NCBI GenBank assembly: GCA_964342815.1
Contig: CAYFHS010000013.1
Location: forward strand, 52,710-116,709
DNA length: 64,000 nt
Source: an uncultured archaeon
GTDB lineage: Archaea > Thermoplasmatota > Penumbrarchaeia > JASLWR01
Reading direction: 5' to 3'
The notes beneath the pieces were generated by a model. The model did not search any database and was not told where the DNA came from. It saw only the letters and a program-made list of their open reading frames with translations. A program made the translations under genes and the position numbers. Positions 49,005-58,800 of the stretch are shown in pieces. Numbering within the stretch: position 1 is the first letter of the stretch; each line of letters opens with the position of its first letter.

Positions 49005-51359
49005 ATGCTCGTCGATGATATAGACCTACCCCAAGAAATGTTGAACATTTTTTTCGATATGGGAATTAAAGAGCTGTATTCACCTCAGGCGGAAGCCATC
49101 CCGCACGTTCAAGAGGGGAAAAATATACTTATGGCGGTGCCAACTGCTGCGGGAAAGTCCCTTGTGGCCTATGTGGGCGCTTTACGAGGAGTGCTGAGGG
49201 GAGGAAAAGCCCTTTATATAGTTCCCTTGAGAGCGCTGGCATGGGAAAAGATCGAAGAGCTTAAACGATTCGGAAAGACAGGAATAAGCGTGGGCGTCTC
49301 GGTGGGAGATTACGATTCCGTTCATGAGAAACTGGCCAGCTGCGACATAATAGTGGCCACGGCCGAGAAGGCGGACTCGCTTTTGCGGCAGAGGGTCAAA
49401 TGGCTGAAGGATATCAGTGTGGTGGTGGCAGACGAGGTCCATCTGATACAGGATGCAAAAAGGGGGCCCACCATGGAAGTGATCCTGGCAAGGTTCAAGT
49501 CACTTCCTCGGTCGATACAGATCATTGCGCTCTCCGCCACGGTCCCGAATTCTCAGGAGATCGCCGATTGGCTTCAAGCGGTGCACTTGAAAAGCGATTG
49601 GCGGCCTGTGGAGTTAAGATCATTTGTATTCCATGAAGGACATCTTTTCCATCCAGGCCCGGATCAAGAAATGATCGTGGAAATTAGCGGCTTCCCATAC
49701 ATGAAAAAGGGAGAAGAATCCATAATACGCGACAATCTGGAGAACGGTCATCAATGCCTGGTGTTCGTAAATGCCCGCAACAGGGCAGTCTCCCTCGCCC
49801 GAAAAATGTCGGTCCTCACGGATAAAAAACTAAGCGCCGTGGAGAAAAAAGAACTTCTTGATCTTGCGAAGCTGATGTTGAATGCTGAACGGGAGACCAC
49901 CGATATCGCCAAGGAACTGGCGGGATTGCTCGAGAAGGGTTCTTCCTTTCATCACGCAGGCCTGACGGACTCTATGCGGAAGACAATAGAAAAAGGATTT
50001 CGGAAGGGCTCCATAAAAATCATAGCGGCGACTCCAACTCTCGCTGCAGGTGTTAATCTACCTGCCAGGAGGGTTATAGTCAGGGACAGTTATCGTTACG
50101 AGAGCGGGCGGGGCATGGCGCCCATACCGGTACTAGAAATAAAGCAAATGTGCGGCAGGGCCGGGAGACCGGGTTACGACACCGAGGGAGAGGCATTCAT
50201 CATCGCATCCTCCCGCCAGAAGGCCGGTGAACTTGTTGAGCGCTATCTGGTAGGAGAAGGGGAGACGATCCAATCGAAGCTTGGTGTGGAAGGTGCGCTG
50301 AGGGTTCATGTTCTCTCATCCATCGCCTCGGGTTTCGTTACTGATTTCGATTCACTTGAGAAGTTCATAGATTCCACCCTCTATGCCAATCAGTCAGATA
50401 AATATTTCCTGAGAGAGCAGATATCCATCACCATCGATTTTCTCCTCGAAAATGGATTCCTGAAATATATGGATAAAATGGGTGACTTCAAAACAGATAA
50501 ATTGGGCTTGTACGATTTTAAAACCCCAACCCCCCTTTCGGGGAGTCTCGAAGAGCGTTCGGGAGACCTGCCAATGTTCGAAAATGCTCTGGCTCTCAGT
50601 GCGCCAGGGAGAGGAGGGAGCGAGCCGGAAACTATTCGTTTTTATCCCACCGAGTTCGGGCTCCGCACATCCCGTCTCTATGTGGATCCCATGTCCGCTT
50701 TATGCCTAAGAAACGCATTGACGAAGATGGAGTGCGAGCCCGACAGAAAAATCAGTGAGCTGGGGGTGCTCCATGCACTCTGCTCTTGCCCTGATATGAA
50801 CCCCTTGTATCTTAGGAAGGGCGATAGCCTTACATTTGCTGAGCTATATCATAATAGAAAAGATGATTTTCTCATGGAAGCTCCCGAGGACATGCATAAG
50901 TTCGAGTTCTTTCTGTCAGAGATAAAGACCGCGTCTCTGCTGATGGATTGGATGGAGGAGATGAGCGAGGACTATATAACCAAGAAATACAACATAGGTC
51001 CCGGAGACATAAGAAGCCGTGTGGAACTTGGAGAATGGCTTCTCTATTCCATGAAGGAATTATCAAAACTTTTCTCATACTCGCGGGTTGATCCACTTGA
51101 AAAAATGCTTGTAAGGATGCAACAGGGCATCAAAGAGGAACTTAGCGAGCTGGTTTCAATTAGGGATGTCGGGCGGGTGAGGGGGAGGGCGCTGTTTGAG
51201 GCAGGATTTACAGATTTTATGAAACTGGTCGAGTCTTCCGTCGAACAATTGATAACCATTCGCGGATTTGGAAAAGTTCTGGCCGAAAAGATATTGAGAG
51301 AAGTTAAATCGAGATATGGGGAACCAGAGGGTAAAAATAATAATAAGTTTATTTCATAA
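49005..51359 (+). CDS. hel308: Ski2-like SF2 DNA helicase Hel308
   Basis: PTAAGKS, DEVH, LSAT, FHHAGL, TPTLAAGVNLP, QMCGRAGRPG, RDVGRVRGRAL motifs. Confidence 0.93.
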   Translation: MLVDDIDLPQEMLNIFFDMGIKELYSPQAEAIPHVQEGKNILMAVPTAAGKSLVAYVGALRGVLRGGKALYIVPLRALAWEKIEELKRFGKTGISVGVSVGDYDSVHEKLASCDIIVATAEKADSLLRQRVKWLKDISVVVADEVHLIQDAKRGPTMEVILARFKSLPRSIQIIALSATVPNSQEIADWLQAVHLKSDWRPVELRSFVFHEGHLFHPGPDQEMIVEISGFPYMKKGEESIIRDNLENGHQCLVFVNARNRAVSLARKMSVLTDKKLSAVEKKELLDLAKLMLNAERETTDIAKELAGLLEKGSSFHHAGLTDSMRKTIEKGFRKGSIKIIAATPTLAAGVNLPARRVIVRDSYRYESGRGMAPIPVLEIKQMCGRAGRPGYDTEGEAFIIASSRQKAGELVERYLVGEGETIQSKLGVEGALRVHVLSSIASGFVTDFDSLEKFIDSTLYANQSDKYFLREQISITIDFLLENGFLKYMDKMGDFKTDKLGLYDFKTPTPLSGSLEERSGDLPMFENALALSAPGRGGSEPETIRFYPTEFGLRTSRLYVDPMSALCLRNALTKMECEPDRKISELGVLHALCSCPDMNPLYLRKGDSLTFAELYHNRKDDFLMEAPEDMHKFEFFLSEIKTASLLMDWMEEMSEDYITKKYNIGPGDIRSRVELGEWLLYSMKELSKLFSYSRVDPLEKMLVRMQQGIKEELSELVSIRDVGRVRGRALFEAGFTDFMKLVESSVEQLITIRGFGKVLAEKILREVKSRYGEPEGKNNNKFIS

Positions 51360-51393
51360 CCTAGCTGTAAATACAGCAACGAGGTGAAATCGA

Positions 51394-52578
51394 ATGAATC
51401 CAGATAGATATTTATTCAGTTCGGAATCGGTAACAGAAGGACATCCCGATAAGATGGCCGATAAGATTTCCGATTCCGTGCTGGACTCGATAATTGCTAA
51501 AGACAAGAACTGCAGGGTTGCCTGCGAGACCCTGGTGAACACCGGGATGGTCCTTATAGCAGGTGAGATCACCACCTCCATAATTGTAAATTATCCCGAA
51601 ATCGTCAGAAGAGTGATCGAGGAAATCGGCTATTGTGATCCGACGATGAGATTCGATTTCGAGTCTTGTGCCGTTCTCACGTCCCTGGATCCTCAATCTC
51701 AAGACATTTCAATTGGCGTAACTGAGGGCAAAGGAAGACATAAAGAGCAGGGGGCGGGAGATCAAGGCATAATGTTCGGATATGCCACAAATGAGACCGA
51801 TACACTGATGCCCATGCCGATTCATTATGCCCACAAGATATGTAAAAGGCTTGCCGAGGTTAGAAAACGCAAGGAACTCGACTATCTTAGACCTGATGGA
51901 AAAAGTCAGGTCTGCATTGAATACAGGAACAAGAAACCGGCCAGGGTGGACTCGGTGATCGTTGCATCTCAGCATGATCCTTTCGATAAATCCAAGGGAT
52001 ACATAGGGGAAAAATTAAGAGAAGATATCAAGGAACACGTTATCGATCACGTCATACCCGAAGAACTCAGGGACAAAAATACCAAAACGTACATTAACGA
52101 AACGGGCCTCTTCGTAGCCGGCGGCCCATTCGCAGACTGCGGGATGACAGGAAGAAAGATAATTGTGGATACCTATGGCGGAATGGGGCGGCATGGGGGT
52201 GGGTGTTTTTCCGGAAAGGACCCCAGTAAAGTCGATCGCTCAGCATCCTATATGGCCCGCTATATAGCCAAGAACATAGTCGCCTCCGGTATTGCCGACA
52301 AGTGCGAGATCCAGATGGGATATGTAATAGGAGTTGCAAAACCGGTATCCCTTTTCATAGATACAATGGGAACAAACAATATCCCCCTATCCAAAATAGA
52401 AAGACTGGTCAAGGACATTTTTCCGCTCAAACCCTGTGAAATAATTAAATATCTCGATCTTCTAAGACCTATCTACAGTGCCACGGCAGCGTATGGTCAT
52501 TTTGGGAGGGATGATGAGGATTTCACGTGGGAAAAGACGGACATGGTGCAAGAGTTACAGGATCGTGCGGGAATATGA
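51394..52578 (+). CDS. metK: S-adenosylmethionine synthetase, bacterial/eukaryotic type
   Basis: [51 protein letters not shown]; GAGGTGA SD at 51381-51387. Confidence 0.97.
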   Translation: MNPDRYLFSSESVTEGHPDKMADKISDSVLDSIIAKDKNCRVACETLVNTGMVLIAGEITTSIIVNYPEIVRRVIEEIGYCDPTMRFDFESCAVLTSLDPQSQDISIGVTEGKGRHKEQGAGDQGIMFGYATNETDTLMPMPIHYAHKICKRLAEVRKRKELDYLRPDGKSQVCIEYRNKKPARVDSVIVASQHDPFDKSKGYIGEKLREDIKEHVIDHVIPEELRDKNTKTYINETGLFVAGGPFADCGMTGRKIIVDTYGGMGRHGGGCFSGKDPSKVDRSASYMARYIAKNIVASGIADKCEIQMGYVIGVAKPVSLFIDTMGTNNIPLSKIERLVKDIFPLKPCEIIKYLDLLRPIYSATAAYGHFGRDDEDFTWEKTDMVQELQDRAGI

Positions 52579-52731
52579 ACGCTCAATGAACCAGTTTCTG
52601 GAAATCCACTCGATCCCGATGTGCAATACAATGGAGCTCATTATGGATTATTATTAACTCAAGCGCTGATACAAAATCGCGGAAGGGTTTTTATAGCACT
52701 CATCACCATAGTTAGATCCAGTGGTTGAGTT

Positions 52732-54003
52732 ATGCATCCCATTAAATATATCGGTGTGTTGATAATAATATTGCATTTATTCGCTATTGGAGATATTTCT
52801 GATAATTCGCAAGCAGCTTCAACCATGGCTGCAATAATCCTTGATCAAAGTGAGCAGGAAGCCAATGTAGGACCTGGTGAAAACGGGACCCTGATATTCA
52901 CCGGTCGGGTGGAGGTTGAAATGGTTGGTCCAGGATCGAATATACAAATGATAGTTGTTTCCCTTTCCGCAGATTGTATTTGGCCGACAACAATCTCCCC
53001 AACCACAATGACTTTCCAGGCGCAAGGTCCCCGCCAACAAAATTTTACGGTAACAGTTCAGGTTCCGAACTTCACTTCCTCTTCGATAACAGAAGAATTG
53101 ACGGTGGGGGGGACCGCTAAAGTCGTTCCGGGCGTTAGATTCTATAAGATCCCGCCTTCCAAAGGCATTATTAATATTTCAGCCTACAGTATATTGAACC
53201 TCTCAAGTGATGATCCGGAAAAGGAATCACTCCGTGGTGAATCGTTATTATATTTGTTGAATATAAAAAATGATGGTAACTCCAACGCTCAGGTAAAGGT
53301 TGGGATTGATGACTACATGGGTTTGACGGACAAGGGGTGGATAATACGTGGACCAAGCGATGATTTTCTAGTAGAGGAGGGTAATGATATTATCGGAGAG
53401 ATACATGTGATCGTTCCGGACGGAACAGCTTTGAGAACATATCAATTCGTTGTAAATGCCACCTCCGACGCCGGGACCAATGCTACGGATTTTGCCGAAT
53501 ATACGTTTTATGTAGATGTGGTCAATCGGAAGACTGTGGTCGAGCCCCAGGAAGATGAAAAAGAGGATGAAAATCAGAATGATATGCCGAAGCCGGACGA
53601 ATCCCTCACTATTTCCAACATCAGGGTGGAGCCCGAGGCACCGTACCAATCCACCGATGTGAAGATATTTGCAGTGATCCGGTCCCATCACGAGATAAGG
53701 ACTGCAAAAGTAAATTACTGGTTATCGAACAGCAGTTCTTCCTCGGTACCGATGAAAATATCCGGGACTGATTATTACGCGAATCTGGGGCGTTTCAGGG
53801 ACGGCGTCACCCTTTTCTACAACATAACTGCCATGGATGCCGGTGCCAATTTTGTATCGTCATTGGCCCGGACTGTAAAGGTGGGGGCGGAATCCCAGGA
53901 AGAGAATGTGGTTGAAGAAAAATCCATTCCGGGCGGCGGCCATTATATCGTTCTGTCATCGATAATCATAACAGCCATCGCATATGGATCAAGGAGAAGA
54001 TAA
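52732..54003 (+). CDS. Secreted Ig-domain surface protein resembling the choice-of-anchor T family, with a C-terminal sorting-like signal
   Basis: FTGRVEV..ISPTTMTF..FTVTVQVP pattern (recalled family resemblance); ends IPGG + hydrophobic + RRR. Confidence 0.7.
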   Translation: MHPIKYIGVLIIILHLFAIGDISDNSQAASTMAAIILDQSEQEANVGPGENGTLIFTGRVEVEMVGPGSNIQMIVVSLSADCIWPTTISPTTMTFQAQGPRQQNFTVTVQVPNFTSSSITEELTVGGTAKVVPGVRFYKIPPSKGIINISAYSILNLSSDDPEKESLRGESLLYLLNIKNDGNSNAQVKVGIDDYMGLTDKGWIIRGPSDDFLVEEGNDIIGEIHVIVPDGTALRTYQFVVNATSDAGTNATDFAEYTFYVDVVNRKTVVEPQEDEKEDENQNDMPKPDESLTISNIRVEPEAPYQSTDVKIFAVIRSHHEIRTAKVNYWLSNSSSSSVPMKISGTDYYANLGRFRDGVTLFYNITAMDAGANFVSSLARTVKVGAESQEENVVEEKSIPGGGHYIVLSSIIITAIAYGSRRR

Positions 54004-54259
54004 TAATACCTGGTTTTCTATATTTTTTGACAAGATCCGAACCAGCGGGTTGGTAGAATTGCAGGCAGATCATATTATTTTGAAAGAAAGATTGATAGAA
54101 AAAAGCTAATAAATAAATATAGATGTGCCTCCTATCCCTTATTGAGGATGGGCCTACGTCACTCCGTCAGGTGTTCATGATACATCTGTCGTCTAAACCG
54201 CTCGTGCGCCTATATAATCCCGACAATCACTCCCTCCGTTTCCCTGGAGGTTCCATATA

Positions 54260-57127
54260 ATGTCCAACGAGGAAGAAACAAACCAGTTATCTGCGGCTCT
54301 TGACGAGACGAATGTGAAGATCGAATTCGTAATGGAAAAGGGGGGTAAATATCAAAGGGCCAAGCGGACCTATCAAAAGGCCAGGGATTCTCTTGCCTCC
54401 GGCGATCTGAGAAGGTGCACCTATTTCACTAAGAGGGCACTGGAACAGATCGAGCGTGAATACGAAAAGTTTTCTGCCGAGGTAGAAGAGCCGGAAGAGG
54501 AGAAGGAGGAAGAGGAGGAGAGCTCGGAAGAAAGCAAGGCAATGGATGATGACGATAATGATATGTCCTGGGACGAGGAGCCGGAAGAAGATGAGAGTTC
54601 AGAGGAAACCGCCGGTATGGACCTGCCACCACCGCCTCCGGATATGATCGAGGAAGAGGAAGAACCTGTGGTAATTGACGAAGAAGGGGAAGAGTTCTTT
54701 GATCTTGCTGATCCTGTCGATGAGAAGCCGGATGAGAAAACCGAGAGGGTAAAGTCGAGCCCACAAGATGAAGAAGATGATGAATTGTTCGATTTCGGGG
54801 AGGAGGATGGAACGGAACCCCCTGATGACCCCAAAGAAAGCCCGGAATCAAGCCCGGAGGAAGAAACCGAGGAAATTTTCGATTTCGATGAAGCCCAAGA
54901 AAACGAATACGAAAAGGAGCCGGATGAACGGCCGGCAAGTCCCCCGGAAGAAGAGGAATCCGGAGAATATTTCGATTTCGCAGAGGTTGAATCCGAAACC
55001 CCTCATGAACCGGAAGAGAGGCCGGAAACTGCCACCGAGGAGGAAGCCGAAGAACTCTTTGATTTCGACGAGACGGAGGAAAGTAAATTCTCACATGAAC
55101 CGGAAGGGGGGCCGGAACCAAGCCCGGAAGAAGAGGCTGAAGAGCTATTCGATTTCGATGAAACTGGAGAAAATGAATCCACCGATGAACCTGAAGAAAG
55201 GTTGGAAGCCGACGTGAAAGAGGAAGAAACCGATGTTGAATTTGACGAGCCGGAACCCGGTCGAGGGAGTAACGATGTGGAAATCGATCCTGACCTAGAC
55301 GGTATAGAGATTGTGGGTGAAAACATTGCACCCCCGGATATCGAAGTTGAAGAAAACGCGGAAACGGTCTTTGGTGGTGAAGGCGACCCTGATGGCTCCC
55401 GTAAGGAGCTTGCTCCTGAGGGAGAAGATGCATTTTCAATGCATCGGAACGAAGTGGACTCGCCAAACTTTCAAACCAAGCCAGTAGAACTTGGCTTTTC
55501 AAGTGAAGAAGAAAATGATACAGTGGATCGGGCTCCCAGTGGCTGGTTTGATCCGAACAATGAAGATGAGGAAGGCGGCTTTGGAGGCGGCGGGGTCGAT
55601 ATCGGGTGGGATGAAGAGGATGAAAGGAACGAAACAGAGGATGAGCTACAACTATCAAAAGAGATCGATACGGTTCGAGAGGCCCTGGAATCCGCACCAT
55701 CCTTCATGGACCTATCCGAGGTGAAGAAAATACTGGAGGACGCCGAATCAAAGCTCCAATCAGGCGAGCAAAGTGCGGCAAGGGAAGCCATAGATAAATG
55801 CAAAAACGATCTTGAAGTGCGCCGTAAAGAATACAAAGAATCGTCCGAACGGTTCGAGAAAGCCAAGGAGATGCTGAAAAAGGCAAACGAGTTCGGAGTA
55901 GACATTTCTCCTGCAAGAGATCTTTTAAAACAGGCCAAGGAACATTTGAATTCCGGAGAGATAAGTGAGATGGGTAGGCTCTCGGACAAATGCATCGAGG
56001 AACTTGCCGAGGAAATGATGGAACCGCTTACGAGAGAGAAGATGCTAGATCTCAAAACGAAGATCCTGGAATACAAGAATGCCGGTATTAACATTAAAAG
56101 TGCCGCCGAGGTATTCAACACTGCCGGGATACTCATGAAGGAACGGAATTTCACTCAAGTGATGGAACTGGCGGGGAAAAGCGAAGCAATGGCTGAGCTG
56201 AGCAAAACCGAATTCGACCTTGAGAATCTACTGGACGCAATGGAGAACGGATTCAAACAGTTAAAAGAAAAAGATGGGAGTCTGGATGATATTGAAAGAG
56301 ACATCGAAATGGCACGGAAATTGCAGAAGGACGGAGATCTGGAAAAGGCCCATGAACTTGCCGTTGAAACCGAGAAGAACCTCCGGGAGATACTCGAACC
56401 AATGGTGAATGACAAGTTGACCCGCCTCGACAGCACCATAGAGAAGAGCGAAAAGACCATTTACGTTAACGAAGAGAAAGAAGAAAGGGAACTCGCGAAG
56501 GATGCGGTGGACCAGGGTAATTTCGTGGAGGCCTTTAACCGCATCGCAACTGCTCTTAGAAACCTCGAGGAGAGCAAACAGAACAGCTATCCTCTGATCA
56601 CACTGAGATTTGCCGATATGGAGTTGAAGGAGAACGTGTGGAACCGGGCGAAAGTGATACTCAAGAACACGGGGAAGGCTCATGCCACGGGTATAAAGGT
56701 GGAACTCATCGGGCCCGTGGTGGTAAGACGGCTGAAACCTATTTCACAGCTGAACGCCAAGGAGGAAAAGGAGGTGGAGATCGCAGTTCGCTTTGATGGC
56801 GGCGGGTCGGTACCGGTGGATGTGGAGATGACCTACAAGAGCGCCGTTGACGGGAACGAGCACGAGACCCGGGACGGCCTTTGGATAGACGTGGGTCCTG
56901 TGGCCCGCAAGATTGAGAAACCCAAGGGTGAATCAACTGGGGGCGGAGATCGAAAGGGGGCGCCAGTCATCGTTCCCGGGAAGATTTCACGATGCAAGAT
57001 CTGCCTGGGTGTGATAAAGAAACCATCAATGCTCTATGAGTGCGGATGCGGCAGAAAATATCACAAGTCCTGCATAACACGCGTTGAAGAATGTCCCTCA
57101 TGCAGTCTTCCCGCTCAGGATATGTGA
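54260..57127 (+). CDS. Cytoplasmic protein: acidic disordered region, helical repeats, Ig/CARDB-like domain, C-terminal C4HC3 Zn finger
   Basis: E/D/P-rich N-half; repeats of type A.e.G.D.s.A..ll..A; LKNTGKAHATGI; CKIC..CGC..YH..C..CPSC. Confidence 0.85.
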   Translation: MSNEEETNQLSAALDETNVKIEFVMEKGGKYQRAKRTYQKARDSLASGDLRRCTYFTKRALEQIEREYEKFSAEVEEPEEEKEEEEESSEESKAMDDDDNDMSWDEEPEEDESSEETAGMDLPPPPPDMIEEEEEPVVIDEEGEEFFDLADPVDEKPDEKTERVKSSPQDEEDDELFDFGEEDGTEPPDDPKESPESSPEEETEEIFDFDEAQENEYEKEPDERPASPPEEEESGEYFDFAEVESETPHEPEERPETATEEEAEELFDFDETEESKFSHEPEGGPEPSPEEEAEELFDFDETGENESTDEPEERLEADVKEEETDVEFDEPEPGRGSNDVEIDPDLDGIEIVGENIAPPDIEVEENAETVFGGEGDPDGSRKELAPEGEDAFSMHRNEVDSPNFQTKPVELGFSSEEENDTVDRAPSGWFDPNNEDEEGGFGGGGVDIGWDEEDERNETEDELQLSKEIDTVREALESAPSFMDLSEVKKILEDAESKLQSGEQSAAREAIDKCKNDLEVRRKEYKESSERFEKAKEMLKKANEFGVDISPARDLLKQAKEHLNSGEISEMGRLSDKCIEELAEEMMEPLTREKMLDLKTKILEYKNAGINIKSAAEVFNTAGILMKERNFTQVMELAGKSEAMAELSKTEFDLENLLDAMENGFKQLKEKDGSLDDIERDIEMARKLQKDGDLEKAHELAVETEKNLREILEPMVNDKLTRLDSTIEKSEKTIYVNEEKEERELAKDAVDQGNFVEAFNRIATALRNLEESKQNSYPLITLRFADMELKENVWNRAKVILKNTGKAHATGIKVELIGPVVVRRLKPISQLNAKEEKEVEIAVRFDGGGSVPVDVEMTYKSAVDGNEHETRDGLWIDVGPVARKIEKPKGESTGGGDRKGAPVIVPGKISRCKICLGVIKKPSMLYECGCGRKYHKSCITRVEECPSCSLPAQDM

Positions 57128-57161
57128 TAATACCTATTGTCATTTCTGGATAAGAAACAGC

Positions 57162-57240
57162 CAGGGGCAAGCCCCCTTTTTCTCTGTTTTTATTTTTGGG
57201 GCGGGCCTGCGTGGCTTTATTGCCGCAAACCCTCTTTAGC
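57162..57240 (-). repeat. Dispersed hairpin/A-tract element, copy 3 (inverted)
   Basis: Reverse complement CTAAAGAGGG..CGCAGGCCCG..A-tract..GGGGCTTGCCCC combines the motifs at 7896-7950 and 12437-12510. Confidence 0.7.
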
Positions 57241-57269
57241 AAGAAAAAAAGATATGTTTCCTAAAAAGA

Positions 57270-58526
57270 TCAGTATTCTGATATCACAATGGTGCCGGAC
57301 CACTTGTTCGAAAGCCTCTGTTTCGTCAGCGGATTCGTCATGGCAAAAATAACATCCATTAGGCACAGTGGAAATATTTTGAAGAAGGCTTGCACAATAC
57401 TGCTGCCGAGTGTGATGTACTCGAAGTCCGTATTCGTGGTATAGAGATGCATGATCAATTTCCCAATACCCCTTCCGAAAGCAACTTCCACCAAGGTGAA
57501 ATACAGGAACGCCACCAGTATATAGAAAAGTAACAGCCACATACCGATCTCCGCTGAACTGCGCATTCCCGATAAGATAAGTTCGATAACGAAAGCAAGG
57601 GTGAGTACTACGAAAGAGTCGATGAGATATGCGAGGAACCTTTTATAGATAGGAGCCAACTTCACGCCGGCCATTGCAAGATTGTTTACAATATGACGCT
57701 CGTTATCGGAGGCCATCTCCTTTCGAAGCTTCAACTTGTCCGACACGACCACAAGCTTTTTCTGCTCCACTTTGAGCTTTACCTTCCTTTGATCATTCTT
57801 TAAAATCCTTTTTTCCCGCCGCCGAAGAAGCCTTTCACGAAGGTCCAAGTATTCCTTGGTTCCCTTTATGCCGTCCGCGGCTATTACCGGTTCAGCTTTC
57901 CATTTCTTCTTTTTTGGAGAGGGCTCCTCCTCTTCCCATATCGGTTCCTCACGGACCTTCGGTTTTTTCTCGATTAGCGGTTCAGGGGCCGGCTCTGGCG
58001 CAGGTTCCGGTTCTGGTTTCTTCCGTTCTTCCTCAGCTGCTTTTTGTTTAGCTTCCTCTTTCTTAACCTTTTTGGCTTCCTTCTTTGCGGCCATCTTTTT
58101 TCTAAAAGATCCCATAAAGCCCTGTTTTTTCTTTTTTTCAGTTTTCGTGGGAACCGGCTTCTGTGTTTCAGCCTCCGGCTCGGTTACTTTCTTTATTGAG
58201 GCTTGAAATGATTTTACGGGCTCAATTTCGCCTTGCTCTTCCGGTATCTCTCCCACATCCACTTTCCCAAGGAGAACCTTGTCCGCTTCCGTATCCTCAA
58301 AGTCGTCATAATCCTTCAGCCGATCCAGCCGGGAACGCAATCTGGAAATATCCGGAAGCTCATCAAGCTCGACCTCCGGTGCGTCGAAAGCTTTCAGCCT
58401 CGAAGCGAGACTAGCCCGGACCTTCGGCTCGCGCTTATCCAATGAGTCGATCCTGGAATACATCTTCTCTATGGACGTCTCGATCTTATCGTCCAGGCTA
58501 TTTTCATCGACTTTCTTGAGTGACAT
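57270..58526 (-). CDS. RDD-family membrane protein with a long charged N-terminal region
   Basis: C-terminal LAPIYKRFLAYLID..GRGIGK..KQRLSNKWSGTIVI RDD pattern; K/E/P-rich N-terminus. Confidence 0.85.
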   Translation of the reverse strand: MSLKKVDENSLDDKIETSIEKMYSRIDSLDKREPKVRASLASRLKAFDAPEVELDELPDISRLRSRLDRLKDYDDFEDTEADKVLLGKVDVGEIPEEQGEIEPVKSFQASIKKVTEPEAETQKPVPTKTEKKKKQGFMGSFRKKMAAKKEAKKVKKEEAKQKAAEEERKKPEPEPAPEPAPEPLIEKKPKVREEPIWEEEEPSPKKKKWKAEPVIAADGIKGTKEYLDLRERLLRRREKRILKNDQRKVKLKVEQKKLVVVSDKLKLRKEMASDNERHIVNNLAMAGVKLAPIYKRFLAYLIDSFVVLTLAFVIELILSGMRSSAEIGMWLLLFYILVAFLYFTLVEVAFGRGIGKLIMHLYTTNTDFEYITLGSSIVQAFFKIFPLCLMDVIFAMTNPLTKQRLSNKWSGTIVISEY

Positions 58527-58800
58527 CTATCTCTCATCCCGGCAACCGCTACGCCACCATAATATAATGTTTCCCTATCCCGTCCATGGTACGGGAAGAA
58601 GAATCATGAGTAAACACTCCAAATTAAACAGATGAGAGTATTTCTGATATACTATAATAAAGTGTCGAAATTTTATGGGAAAAGGGATTTTGCCATGTAT
58701 AAATACAGCGGAAGCAAGCATCTTTGATGTTATAAGATGCTCTCCCCGTAAAAAGCAACATTAGGCGTAATAAACCACTCTGATAGGAAGTAATGCCTAC

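Noticed and set aside
54120-54259. Fluoride (crcB) riboswitch suggested by TAAACCGC
   Set aside because: The GGxGATGG 5' element and the CTGATGA segment are absent, and the downstream gene is unrelated
54421-56154. Minus-strand ORFs up to 423 aa
   Set aside because: Shadow frames of the acidic and helical-repeat gene 54260-57127; no recognisable motifs
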